DNA of 32,000 nucleotides from Microcystis aeruginosa NIES-843 (GCF_000010625.1 NC_010296.1:450001-482000), one strand, 5' to 3'. Counted from the first letter of the stretch, positions 10,102 through 19,398 are shown. Notes: generated by a model not told the origin, from the letters alone. Program-made: numbers and translations.

Positions 10102-10282
10102 TGGGACTTAGGCGTTTTCGGTCAGCAAAAAAGGCTCAAACCATTACGGGACAAAGGGTTAACCTCGATTTATGATTTTCCTTGATATATCTGGGTTTCA
10201 GCGATTTTGGGCTTCTCGAAGTAAATCCCAAGCGGGGATTGGAGTTGAAGCTTTTCTCGATTTGTTTTTTGTCTAAGTCCCA
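10102..10282 (+). mobile_element. MITE-B copy 2, nested inside the IS1634-family element
   Basis: Identical to 1029-1209. Flanked by CTAA/CTAA (10098-10101, 10283-10286). Confidence 0.9.
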
Positions 10283-10427
10283 CTAAGCCGAAAATTTCAG
10301 AGTTCCCCCGGTCATTCTCAATAAACAGTGCTTGTTGAGAATGACTAGGCAATCAGACTTAACATCTAGGGGGAGATGTTCCAGTTGCTCGCTTTGTTTT
10401 GTCACCCCTTGAAGTCAATCCATCTGG

Positions 10428-12101
10428 TCAAGATAAGAGATAATATTCCTGGCAAGGTTTGGGGAAAAATCTCAAAATGTTGCGCCTCTCATCCGTTAAG
10501 TTGCTAATCTTTTGATTGTCTTGAATACGGACGAGATGAATCCCTTGAAAGCACTGAAATATCCAGCGTAACGTCGGTCGGTCAGTTAACTTACCCAACG
10601 GATTTTTCAGTCCCGTCTCCTGCTGTTTTAAACTTAAACGAAGTTGTCTTTGACCAATAGTATAAACCAGCAGGCACAAGCCCATGAGCATGGCCATGAC
10701 CTCGATTCTATGGGGAGATTTGAGAAAGACACTGTCAGCAAAAAAGCAGGGGTCTTTGAGAAAAGAAAATCCTCTTTCTGGAGCTTGTTGCCCCTTATAT
10801 TTTTTGAGTATATCCTCACTGCTCAATCGTTTTTTCTCCAAATCGTTAGTTGCTAAAACGAATCGTCCTGCTCGTTTCTTTAGCCTCTCAATGGCGGTCA
10901 AATTCAACTCTAATTTGGCTTGAACTTGATAGCTTTGAGAGGGTAAATCGTCTTTTAATTTGAGTTTTGACCCCTGGGACTCAGGCGGAATGAGATTGAC
11001 TTTAATCTCCGTTAACTGATGAGATTTTAAGGAGTCAGATAATCCTTTGGCTATCGCCAACGCCACCGCTCTATTCTCAAATTCTCTTCGGGATAGTTGC
11101 CGGATTTTTTCTTGGGCAGAATTCTTTTCCTGCTCGATTTTTTTCTCTAATTTTTTCAAGTCTGATTCTTGTCTAGCTTGACTTTCAACTAGCAACCATC
11201 TTTGTTCTATCCCCCCATAGTTAGAGCTTGTTTCCCGCCAGGAATAACCCGGTATTTCTGAATCGGTTAACTCTTTTTCTGAGATGCTATCGACTAACTC
11301 TTGAGCCTCTTTAATGCTTAATGGTACTCGAGACAACCAACGCATTTCTTTCATTAGTTTTAAATTCTCTTTGCTATAGAGGGCGCTATCGCCGACTATT
11401 AAACTGTCAAAGTCAACTTGTTTTTTAAATTCTCGGGCGATTTGACCAAAAACCGCTTTGTCCGCTTCATTTCCGTCCCCTACTTTCAGGAATAAAGGTA
11501 CATCTCCATCCCCACTTACGATTAAGTCAATCATAAATTGTTTTAAGTCAGGTCGTCGGTCGCGGGAGTATCCGTAGGTAATTTTTATTGGCTGTTGTCT
11601 GGTTTCAATTTCTTCTCCCACTGCTCCTGATTTCAGGATTTCTACTGTTGGGTATTCCTTTTTATATTCTCCTTCTACTGATAGAGAAGTCGAATCTAAA
11701 TGGGAGTTCTCGGTTGCTACACCAAATTTTTTCACGGCGGCTAAACTAATCAGTAGGAAAATGACCGAAACATTAAGTTGATAAAGTTTGTCCATTACTC
11801 GACCAATTTTATCATCATTCAGGTGTTTTGGTTCGATGCCCTCTCCCAGCAGATGTTCGGTTGCTTTATCTTCAAAAAATTGAGGAAATAAATACAAGGC
11901 TCGGGAGACAAATCCCAATCCATTCAGGATAATTGCTTTCACGACTTGCCCCGCTGTGACAATTTCTCCTCGCTCAATTGAGACTTGTTCGTTGATAATT
12001 TCAACGATTCCTATTTCATCGATAATTCCGGCTACTAATCCCAGATGGTCTAGATTTTTGACTTCAATTTCTGTTGATTGATTCATGGTCGAACAGTCCA
12101 C
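10428..12101 (-). CDS. IS1634-family transposase (IS4 superfamily)
   Basis: 557 aa. N-terminal NLDHLGLVAGIIDEIGI (DUF4277-type). HLDSTSLSVEG and LIVGDSALYS DDE blocks. Long coiled-coil insert. Confidence 0.8.
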   Translation of the reverse strand: MDCSTMNQSTEIEVKNLDHLGLVAGIIDEIGIVEIINEQVSIERGEIVTAGQVVKAIILNGLGFVSRALYLFPQFFEDKATEHLLGEGIEPKHLNDDKIGRVMDKLYQLNVSVIFLLISLAAVKKFGVATENSHLDSTSLSVEGEYKKEYPTVEILKSGAVGEEIETRQQPIKITYGYSRDRRPDLKQFMIDLIVSGDGDVPLFLKVGDGNEADKAVFGQIAREFKKQVDFDSLIVGDSALYSKENLKLMKEMRWLSRVPLSIKEAQELVDSISEKELTDSEIPGYSWRETSSNYGGIEQRWLLVESQARQESDLKKLEKKIEQEKNSAQEKIRQLSRREFENRAVALAIAKGLSDSLKSHQLTEIKVNLIPPESQGSKLKLKDDLPSQSYQVQAKLELNLTAIERLKKRAGRFVLATNDLEKKRLSSEDILKKYKGQQAPERGFSFLKDPCFFADSVFLKSPHRIEVMAMLMGLCLLVYTIGQRQLRLSLKQQETGLKNPLGKLTDRPTLRWIFQCFQGIHLVRIQDNQKISNLTDERRNILRFFPKPCQEYYLLS

Positions 12102-12523
12102 TCGCCTCAGTTTTCCAACAATTCCTATTTTTTCATAATTAGGGGTCTCAAGACCCCCCTAGCGGCCACCGAGAAAACCTTCACCAGCTAGGTATTTTTA
12201 CTCAAGTCTCTGGAGGGGGACAGCTTACACCATTTTTCTTTATTCGCGTCACAACGAACACCGGCTTGGCAAGCATTCGAGCGTGGATGTCTGTCATGGA
12301 TTTAGAAATTTGGTATTATGTGACAGTTGAGGGTGCGGAATGTGGGATTTATAATCCCGATAAAAATGATTTGGGCGGCTGTATTCGTCGGGAAAATCGC
12401 CTCGAAAGTCTGGAAAATCTCGATAATTGGATCAGTCCTCGCTTGGGCATTCGTTTTCAATTAGCCCAACCAGAGTTACTCTTGTATTATCCCGATGGTC
12501 AACCTTTCACCAGTTACAACCAA

Positions 12524-12586
12524 GAACGACAACGGGCCGAAGCGGAACGACAACGGGCTGAAACGGAACGACAACGGGCCGAACGA
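12524..12586 (+). repeat. 21-nt coding tandem repeat, 3 units (ERQRAEA-ERQRAET-ERQRAER), Uma2 copy 1 tail
   Basis: GAACGACAACGGGCCGAAGCG-type unit repeated head to tail, in frame. Confidence 0.9.
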
Positions 12587-12643
12587 TTGGCGGCAAAACT
12601 GCGAGAATTAAACATTAATCCCGAGGAGATTTAAAAAAATTAT

Positions 12644-12829
12644 GGTTCTTCGGTTTGTGTTATGCAACGTACAGGGTTATAAGGAATGAAACTCTTATAG
12701 AGAAAGACATTTGGCGATTTTTGTTAATTGTTTTCGATCTAGAGCGAACTAATCAATTAAATCTCTTGCCAGATAAGGATTTAGTCGATTTATGCCCCCC
12801 TATCGAACCATACTAAGTAACGAAGAACC
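12644..12829 (+). mobile_element. MITE-A copy 2 (186 bp)
   Basis: Termini GGTTCTTCGGT.../...ACGAAGAACC. 8-bp duplication AAAATTAT at 12636-12643 and 12830-12837. The equivalent sites after Uma2 copies 2 and 3 are empty (AAAAAAAATTATCG). Confidence 0.9.
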
Positions 12830-13051
12830 AAAATTATCGGTAGAATAAAAGTAGATAAATATCAAGTCCTCTAGCTAGAGTCGCAACAGTAAGCCCAGAA
12901 AAAATGCCCTAGGGCAGGGTTGACTAATTCCCACTCTCCGATACTTTTTAAACAGGATTTAGGATCATCACCGTCCCTAAATATTTGCCCTAGTTTTTTA
13001 TAGTAAAGTTATACTATGAAGGAAGCCAAGACGAAATTCTAGGGTTAAGCA

Positions 13052-13705
13052 ATGGTTAGACAACTCGACGACAGCCCAAAAACCGCAATCGTCTATCCCG
13101 ATAGCGATGGTAAACCGATGGCCGATAATACAAGACAATTTCGCTGGATTACGACGATTAAATCGAATCTAGACTGGTTATTTGCCAATAATGCCGATGT
13201 TTTTGTCGCCGGTGATTTACTCTGGTATCCCGTGGAGGGAGATAATAAGACTCGGCAAGCGCCTGATGTCATGGTAGCTTTCGGCAGACCGAAAGGGGAA
13301 AGAGGTTCCTATCAACAGTGGAAAGAGAACAATATCCCCCCACAGGTGGTTTTTGAAATTCTCTCTCCGGGTAATACTCAAACGGAAATGACCAGAAAAC
13401 TACTGTTTTATGACCGTTATGGTGTGGAAGAATACTACATTTATAATCCCGATAAAAATGATTTGGGCGGCTGTATTCGCCAAGAAAATCGGCTCGAAAG
13501 TCTAGAAAATCTCGATAATTGGATCAGTCCTCGCTTAGGCATTCGTTTTCAATTAGCCCAACCAGAGTTACTCTTGTATTATCCCGATGGTCAACCTTTC
13601 ACCAGTTACAACCAAGAACGACAACGGGCCGAAGTGGAACGACAACGGGCCGAACGATTGGCGGCAAAACTGCGAGAATTAAACATTAATCCCGAAGAAA
13701 TTTAA
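13052..13705 (+). CDS. Uma2-family (DUF820) endonuclease, tandem copy 2
   Basis: 217 aa. Has the family pattern YPDSDGKPMADNT, QAPDVMV and VVFEILSPGN (PD...E-x-S/K nuclease-type core). C-terminal ERQRAE repeats followed by RLAAKLRELNINPEEI. Confidence 0.85.
   Translation: MVRQLDDSPKTAIVYPDSDGKPMADNTRQFRWITTIKSNLDWLFANNADVFVAGDLLWYPVEGDNKTRQAPDVMVAFGRPKGERGSYQQWKENNIPPQVVFEILSPGNTQTEMTRKLLFYDRYGVEEYYIYNPDKNDLGGCIRQENRLESLENLDNWISPRLGIRFQLAQPELLLYYPDGQPFTSYNQERQRAEVERQRAERLAAKLRELNINPEEI
13616..13657 (+). repeat. 21-nt coding tandem repeat, 2 units, Uma2 copy 2 tail
   Basis: ERQRAEV-ERQRAER. Confidence 0.9.
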
Positions 13706-13957
13706 AAAAAATTATCGATTGATGGAGTCGATCGAGATAGTCTCGCTACAATAAAAGTAAATAAACATCAAGTCCTCTAGCTAGAGTCGCAACAGTAAGC
13801 CCAGAAAAAATGCCCTAGGGCAGGGTTGACTAATTCCCACTCTCCGATACTTTTTAAACAGGATTTAGGATCATCACCGTCCCTAAATATTTGCCCTAGT
13901 TTTTTATAGTAAAGTTATACTATGAAGGAAGCCAAGACGAAATTCTAGGGTTAAGCA

Positions 13958-14695
13958 ATGGTTAGACAACTCGACGACAGCCCGAAAACCACAATCGTCT
14001 ATCCCGATAGCGATGGTAAACCGATGGCCGATAATACAAGACAATTTCGCTGGATTACGACGATTAAATCGAATCTAGACTGGTTATTTGCCAATAATGC
14101 CGATGTTTTTGTCGCCGGTGATTTACTCTGGTATCCCGTGGAGGGAGATAATAAGACTCGGCAAGCGCCTGATGTGATGGTAGCTTTCGGCAGACCGAAA
14201 GGGGAAAGAGGTTCCTATCAACAGTGGAAAGAGAACAATATCCCCCCACAGGTGGTTTTTGAAATTCTCTCTCCGGGCAATACCCCAACGGAAATGACCA
14301 GAAAACTGCTGTTTTATGACCGTTATGGTGTGGAAGAATACTACATTTATAATCCCGATAAAAATGATTTGGGCGGCTGTATTCGTCGGGAAAATCGGCT
14401 CGAAAGTCTGGAAAATCTCGATAATTGGGTCAGTCCTCGCTTAGGTATCCGTTTTCAATTAGCCCAACCAGAGTTACTCTTGTATTATCCCGATGGTCAA
14501 CCTTTCACCAGTTACAACCAAGAACGACAACGGGCCGAAGCGGAACGACAACGGGCCGAAACGGAAAGTCAACGGGCCGAAGCGGAACGACAACGGGCCG
14601 AAACGGAAAGTCAACGGGCCGAAGCGGAACGACAACGGGCCGAACGATTGGCGGCAAAACTGCGGGAGTTAAATATTAATCCCGAAGAAACTTAA
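13958..14695 (+). CDS. Uma2-family (DUF820) endonuclease, tandem copy 3
   Basis: 245 aa. Only a few substitutions relative to copy 2, but a longer repeat tail. Confidence 0.85.
   Translation: MVRQLDDSPKTTIVYPDSDGKPMADNTRQFRWITTIKSNLDWLFANNADVFVAGDLLWYPVEGDNKTRQAPDVMVAFGRPKGERGSYQQWKENNIPPQVVFEILSPGNTPTEMTRKLLFYDRYGVEEYYIYNPDKNDLGGCIRRENRLESLENLDNWVSPRLGIRFQLAQPELLLYYPDGQPFTSYNQERQRAEAERQRAETESQRAEAERQRAETESQRAEAERQRAERLAAKLRELNINPEET
14522..14647 (+). repeat. 21-nt coding tandem repeat, 6 units, Uma2 copy 3 tail
   Basis: ERQRAEA-ERQRAET-ESQRAEA-ERQRAET-ESQRAEA-ERQRAER. Confidence 0.9.
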
Positions 14696-14983
14696 AAAAA
14701 ATTATTGATCTACTCAATCGATCGAGATAGTCTCGCTACAATAAAAGTAGATAAATATCAAGTCCTCTAGCTAGAGTCGGAACAGTAAGCCCAGAAAAAA
14801 TGCGCTAGGGCAGGGTTGACTAAATCGACGAAGCAATCGCTAAATAGGGGTAATTTCCGTCCACTTCTCCCCAATCCTGAACGGGAGAGGCAGAACCGAA
14901 GAATTTCTATAAAATTTCGGTAAGGGTGGAAAGATCAAGTAAGTTAGCGTTAGGGCTTAATCTTCGCCACGGAAAGTAGAACT

Positions 14984-16123
14984 ATGACAGTTTGTGAATA
15001 TCGGCCAGGTTTAGAAGGAATTCCCGCCGCCCAATCGAGTATCAGCTTTGTGGATGGGCAAAAGGGAATCTTAGAGTATCGGGGCATTCGGATTGAGGAA
15101 CTCGCCGAAAAAAGTACCTTCCTCGAAACCGCCTATCTCCTTATCTGGGGTGTTCTGCCCACGGGGGCGGAACTGGACGAATTTGCCGATGAAATCCGTT
15201 ATCATCGACGCATCAAGTACCGTATCGAAGACATGATGAAATGCTTCCCCGAAAAAGGCCATCCCATGGATGCGCTACAAACTTCGGCGGCGGCTTTAGG
15301 GTTATACTATGCCCGTCGGGCTTTGGATAATCCCGAATATATCCGTCAGGCAGTGGTGCGGTTATTAGCGAAAATCCCCACCATGGTGGCGGCGTTTCAA
15401 TTAATTCGCAAAGGTAATCATCCCATTCAGCCCAACGATAGTCTTGATTATGCGGCCAATTTCCTCTATATGTTGACGGAAAGACGACCAACGGATTTAG
15501 CGGCGAAAGTTTTCGATGTCTGTTTGACCCTCCACGCCGAACATACCATGAATGCCTCGACTTTTTCGGCCATGGTGACGGCTTCCACTTTAACCGACCC
15601 CTACGGTGTCATCGCTTCAGCAGTGGGAACTCTCGCCGGCCCCCTCCACGGTGGGGCAAACGAGGAAGTATTGTTAATGTTAGAGGAAATCGGTTCGGTG
15701 GCTAATGTTCGTCCCTATGTGGAAAAATGTATCGCCAATAAACAAAAAGTTATGGGTTTTGGACACCGGGTATATAAAGTTAAGGATCCCCGGGCGACGA
15801 TTTTACAAAACCTTGCCGAACAATTATTCGCGGAATTAGGTTCCGATGAATACTACGATATCGCCCTAGAATTAGAACAAGCAGTGGTGGATATCTACGG
15901 CGAAAAAGGTATCTATGCTAATGTGGATTTCTATTCGGGATTGGTCTATCGGAAATTAGGCATCCCCAGTGATTTATTTACCCCGATTTTTGCCATCTCC
16001 CGGGTGGCCGGTTGGTTGGCCCACTGGAAAGAACAATTAAATGCTAACCGCATTTTCCGTCCTACCCAAATATACACTGGAGAACACGAAGTCCCCTATA
16101 CACCGATCGAACAACGTTCTTAG
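14984..16123 (+). CDS. gltA: Citrate synthase
   Basis: 379 aa. GLEGIPAAQSSISFVDGQKGILEYRGIRIEEL, HAEHTMNASTF and GPLHGGANE...GFGHRVYK citrate synthase signatures. Confidence 0.95.
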   Translation: MTVCEYRPGLEGIPAAQSSISFVDGQKGILEYRGIRIEELAEKSTFLETAYLLIWGVLPTGAELDEFADEIRYHRRIKYRIEDMMKCFPEKGHPMDALQTSAAALGLYYARRALDNPEYIRQAVVRLLAKIPTMVAAFQLIRKGNHPIQPNDSLDYAANFLYMLTERRPTDLAAKVFDVCLTLHAEHTMNASTFSAMVTASTLTDPYGVIASAVGTLAGPLHGGANEEVLLMLEEIGSVANVRPYVEKCIANKQKVMGFGHRVYKVKDPRATILQNLAEQLFAELGSDEYYDIALELEQAVVDIYGEKGIYANVDFYSGLVYRKLGIPSDLFTPIFAISRVAGWLAHWKEQLNANRIFRPTQIYTGEHEVPYTPIEQRS

Positions 16124-16156
16124 ATTTTATCTCCCATTCTTGATGGAAACACGGTT

Positions 16157-16193
16157 TCTCGCCTTTGTCAATCTTTCCTAGGCGAGATTTTTT
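16157..16193 (+). terminator. Possible rho-independent terminator of gltA
   Basis: TCTCGCC (16157-16163) pairs with GGCGAGA (16181-16187), followed by TTTTTT. The 17-nt loop is long. Confidence 0.45.
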
Positions 16194-16321
16194 GTCTCAT
16201 TTCCTGTTATATTGATGGGGCAAGGAAACAGTCCAGCGGCTTTCAGCTTGGTCAGTTTCGGTGTATATAGCAAGGCAAGGTCTCTACTTCTAGATAGTCG
16301 GACAGAAAAATATTAAAGATT

Positions 16322-18064
16322 ATGGTGAAATTTTGGCAGGGATTAACGGTATTTTTAATTTCTTGTTTATTGCTGATTTCCCTAACTGCTTGTGGTAATC
16401 AAGTTAGACGCAATCAAGTGGTCATATCGGTATTAAGTGACCCAAAAACCTTTAATGCTGTTTTATCGGCCGAATCCCCGAATATTTTTGGTTTAACCTA
16501 CGAAGGACTATTAACAGAAAATCCCATTACTGGCAAAAAAGAACCGGTCTTGGCAGAATCTTGGACAATTTCCGATGATAATTTGAACATTATTTTTACT
16601 ATGAGAGAGGGTTTAAAATGGTCGGATGGTCAACCCTTAACCGTTGATGATGTGGTTTTTACCTATAAAGATTTATATCTAAATCCTGATATTCCCAACA
16701 ACTACCGCGATAGTTTAAGAATAGGATTAAAAAAAGAATTTCCAGTTATTACTAAACTAGATAATCGCCGAATCGAATTTAAACTACCCGAACCTTTTGC
16801 TCCTTTTTTAGATGCTGTCAGTTCACCGATTTTACCTAAACACGCTTTAGAAAAAACTATTCAGAAAAAAAGCCCCGATGGTAGGTTAGAATTTCTCTCC
16901 ACTTGGGGGTTAGATACTCCTCCCGATCAAATTGTTTTTAATGGTGCTTATAAACTAAAAGAATATATAACGGGACAAAGGATTATTTTTGAGAATAACC
17001 CTTACTATTGGAAAAAAGATGACCGTGGACAACAATTACCCCATATAACTTCGGTAATTTGGGCAATTGTTGAATCGCAGGACACAACTTTACTGCAATT
17101 TCGTTCTGGAAGTTTAGATTCTATTGGGGTAACTCCCGAATTTTTCTCCCTCTTAAAAACTGAAGAAGAAAGAGGAAATTTCACTATTTTTAATGGGGGA
17201 CCTGCCTACGGAACCCAATTTATCGGTTTTAATCTCAATCAAGGAAAACGCGACGGAAAACCCCTAGTAGATCCGATTAAATCCCGTTGGTTTAATAACT
17301 TAAATTTCCGCCAAGCTATTGCCTACGGCATTAATCGTCAAAGAATGATTGATGATATCTATCGAGGATTGGGACAAGAACAAAATTCTTTTCTTTCTAT
17401 CCAATCTCCTTTTTACGATAAAACCCTGAAAGGTTACGATTATAATCCCGAAAAAGCCAAAGAATTATTATTAGAGGCGGGATTTAAGTATAATAGTGAT
17501 AATCTCCTAGTCGATGCCGATAATAATCCCGTTAGATTTAACCTGATTACTAATGCGGGTAACAAAATCCGGGAAGCAATTGGCGCACAAATTAAAAATG
17601 ATTTAGCCGCAATAGGAATTCAAGTGGATTTTCAAGCGATCGCTTTTAGCAATTTAGTTGATAAACTAAGTAATAGTCTAGATTGGGAAGCACATATTTT
17701 AGGTTTTACCGGCGATAATGAACCCCACGCCCCCAATATTTGGTATGTAGATGGAAATCTCCACGCTTTTAACCAACAACCTCAACCCGGCAGCCCGCCG
17801 ATTCAAGGCTGGCAAGCGGCGGATTGGGAGAAAAAAATCGCCGATTTATACGTCAAAGGTTCCCAAGAATTAGACTTTGAGAAGCGCAAAGTTATCTATA
17901 ATGAAATTCAACAACTTCAACAGGAATACGTCCCGTTTATTTATCTAGTTAATCCCCTCGCTTTGGGGGCTGTGCGTAACTGCTTTGAAGGAATACAATT
18001 CTCCGCCTTGGGTGGTGCATTCTGGAATCTAGAAGAATTAAAGAAAACCTGTGGAGGTGTTTAA
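16322..18064 (+). CDS. ABC transporter substrate-binding lipoprotein, family 5 (peptide/nickel type)
   Basis: 580 aa. Signal peptide with lipobox LISLTAC. Overall SBP_bac_5-like sequence (NPITGKKEPVLAESWTISDD, AIAYGINRQRMID). Confidence 0.85.
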   Translation: MVKFWQGLTVFLISCLLLISLTACGNQVRRNQVVISVLSDPKTFNAVLSAESPNIFGLTYEGLLTENPITGKKEPVLAESWTISDDNLNIIFTMREGLKWSDGQPLTVDDVVFTYKDLYLNPDIPNNYRDSLRIGLKKEFPVITKLDNRRIEFKLPEPFAPFLDAVSSPILPKHALEKTIQKKSPDGRLEFLSTWGLDTPPDQIVFNGAYKLKEYITGQRIIFENNPYYWKKDDRGQQLPHITSVIWAIVESQDTTLLQFRSGSLDSIGVTPEFFSLLKTEEERGNFTIFNGGPAYGTQFIGFNLNQGKRDGKPLVDPIKSRWFNNLNFRQAIAYGINRQRMIDDIYRGLGQEQNSFLSIQSPFYDKTLKGYDYNPEKAKELLLEAGFKYNSDNLLVDADNNPVRFNLITNAGNKIREAIGAQIKNDLAAIGIQVDFQAIAFSNLVDKLSNSLDWEAHILGFTGDNEPHAPNIWYVDGNLHAFNQQPQPGSPPIQGWQAADWEKKIADLYVKGSQELDFEKRKVIYNEIQQLQQEYVPFIYLVNPLALGAVRNCFEGIQFSALGGAFWNLEELKKTCGGV

Positions 18065-19332
18065 TGACTCATTTTGGCATTCTTTGTCCCACCGCTTCTG
18101 GACATATCAATCCTCTCCTACCTTTAGGAAAAGAGTTACAAAAACGCGGTCATAAAGTTACCTGTTTTTTAACTCTTGATGGTGAAGAAATGGTGCAAGC
18201 AGCCGGCTTAGATTTTCAGGCAATTGCACCCGACCAATATCCGAAAGGCACATCAGCCAAAAATTTAGCCGAAATTGGTCAATTACAGGGAACAGCCGCC
18301 GTCCGTCGCACGGTACAATCAGTTACTAATTCTACCGCTGCCCTCTTTGAAACTATCCCTCAAGAGATGCGTCGCTTGGGAATTGATGCCCTAATTGTCG
18401 ATCAAGTCTCCCCCTCAGGAGGTACAATCGCAGAAAAATTAGCTATTCCCTTTGTCAGTTTTGCTGGGGCATTGGTTTTAAATCGTGACCCGCTTATTCC
18501 GCCCTTTATGACCATTTGGGACTATAATCCCTCATTTATCGGGGTTATTCGCAATAAAATTGGCTATAAACTGCTTGACTCTCTGACTCGTCCCCTGAAT
18601 GAGTTAATCAACCGGCAGCGTCAAGAATGGGGGTTAATTCCCTATCAAAACATCAATCAACGCTATTCACCCATCGCCCAAATTAGCCAACAACCTGCCG
18701 AATTCGAGTTTCCTCGGCAAAATTTACCCGCTCACTTTCACTTTACCGGCCCCTTTCACGATTCCTCCACCAGAAAAACGATTCCTTTTCCTTACGAAAA
18801 ATTAACCGGACAACCCTTGATTTATGCTTCCCTCGGTACAATTCAAAATCGCCTACAATCGGCCTTTAATGCGATCGCCGAAGCCTGTGCCGATTTGCCG
18901 GTACAATTAGTTTTATCCTTGGGCAACACCGACTCTAACATTCAAATAACGACAAAAAACGCCCTAGTTGTTCCCTACGCTCCCCAATTAGAGCTTTTAA
19001 CCAGAGCCTCTCTTACTATCACCCACGCAGGCTTAAATACTACCCTAGAATCCCTTGCCCAAGCTGTACCGATGGTGGCTATTCCCATCACTAACGACCA
19101 ACCGGGGGTATCTGCTCGGATAAAATGGTCGGGGACAGGGGAAGTGATTCCGATTTCCCGTCTAGAAGTTCCCCGTTTACGAAAGGCGATTGAAAAGGTC
19201 TTATCCTTCCCCAGTTACCGAGAAAATGCCCTGAGAATGCAAAAAGCACTACAGAAGACTGGAGGAGTGAAAATGGCCGCCGATATCGTCGAAAAAGCCA
19301 TTTCTACCGGCCAACCCGTCCTATCGGTATAA
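18064..19332 (+). CDS. GT1-family UDP-glycosyltransferase (MGT/CrtX-like)
   Basis: 422 aa. N-terminal PTASGHINPLLPLGKEL. C-terminal THAGLNTTLESLAQAVPMVAIPITNDQP nucleotide-sugar motif. The start overlaps the upstream stop (TAATG). Confidence 0.8.
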   Translation: MTHFGILCPTASGHINPLLPLGKELQKRGHKVTCFLTLDGEEMVQAAGLDFQAIAPDQYPKGTSAKNLAEIGQLQGTAAVRRTVQSVTNSTAALFETIPQEMRRLGIDALIVDQVSPSGGTIAEKLAIPFVSFAGALVLNRDPLIPPFMTIWDYNPSFIGVIRNKIGYKLLDSLTRPLNELINRQRQEWGLIPYQNINQRYSPIAQISQQPAEFEFPRQNLPAHFHFTGPFHDSSTRKTIPFPYEKLTGQPLIYASLGTIQNRLQSAFNAIAEACADLPVQLVLSLGNTDSNIQITTKNALVVPYAPQLELLTRASLTITHAGLNTTLESLAQAVPMVAIPITNDQPGVSARIKWSGTGEVIPISRLEVPRLRKAIEKVLSFPSYRENALRMQKALQKTGGVKMAADIVEKAISTGQPVLSV

Positions 19333-19398
19333 TGGCTAGGGTCTGCTAAAAAAGTTTTTCCTGGGGACAGGGTGTCGGGTGTCGGGTTTTAAAAACGT

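Larger units (their letters stand above)
9997..12346 (-). mobile_element. IS1634-family insertion sequence (2350 bp including nested MITE-B)
   Basis: Termini CCCACATTCCGCACCCT (17 nt perfect, continuing imperfectly). 8-bp duplication ATTTATAA at 9989-9996 and 12347-12354. The intact paralogues carry a single ATTTATAA. Confidence 0.85.
9602..12634 (+). pseudogene. Uma2-family (DUF820) endonuclease, tandem copy 1, split by the IS1634-family element
   Basis: Pieces 9602-9996 and 12355-12634 join in frame (EEYYIYN/PDKNDLGG). The product is near-identical to copies 2 and 3. Confidence 0.9.

Noticed and set aside
10170-10352. 60-aa ORF on the minus strand
   Set aside because: It lies almost wholly within MITE-B. 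The same sequence in hsdS (copy 1) is read in other frames, so it is not a gene.
12266-12346. N-terminal part of ORF 12266-12634 (MASIRAWMSVMDLEIWYYVTVEGAECG)
   Set aside because: It is a translation of the IS1634 terminal inverted repeat region. The real Uma2 sequence resumes after 12346.
12524-14647. The 21-nt tandem repeats as a CRISPR-like or non-coding satellite
   Set aside because: They are in frame, have no spacers, and encode heptads inside the Uma2 ORFs.
14425-14679. 84-aa ORF (…GRSGTTTGRNGKSTGR…) in an alternative frame of Uma2 copy 3
   Set aside because: It is a frame-shifted reading of the 21-nt ERQRAE repeat. It has no independent start context and sits entirely inside a well-supported gene.
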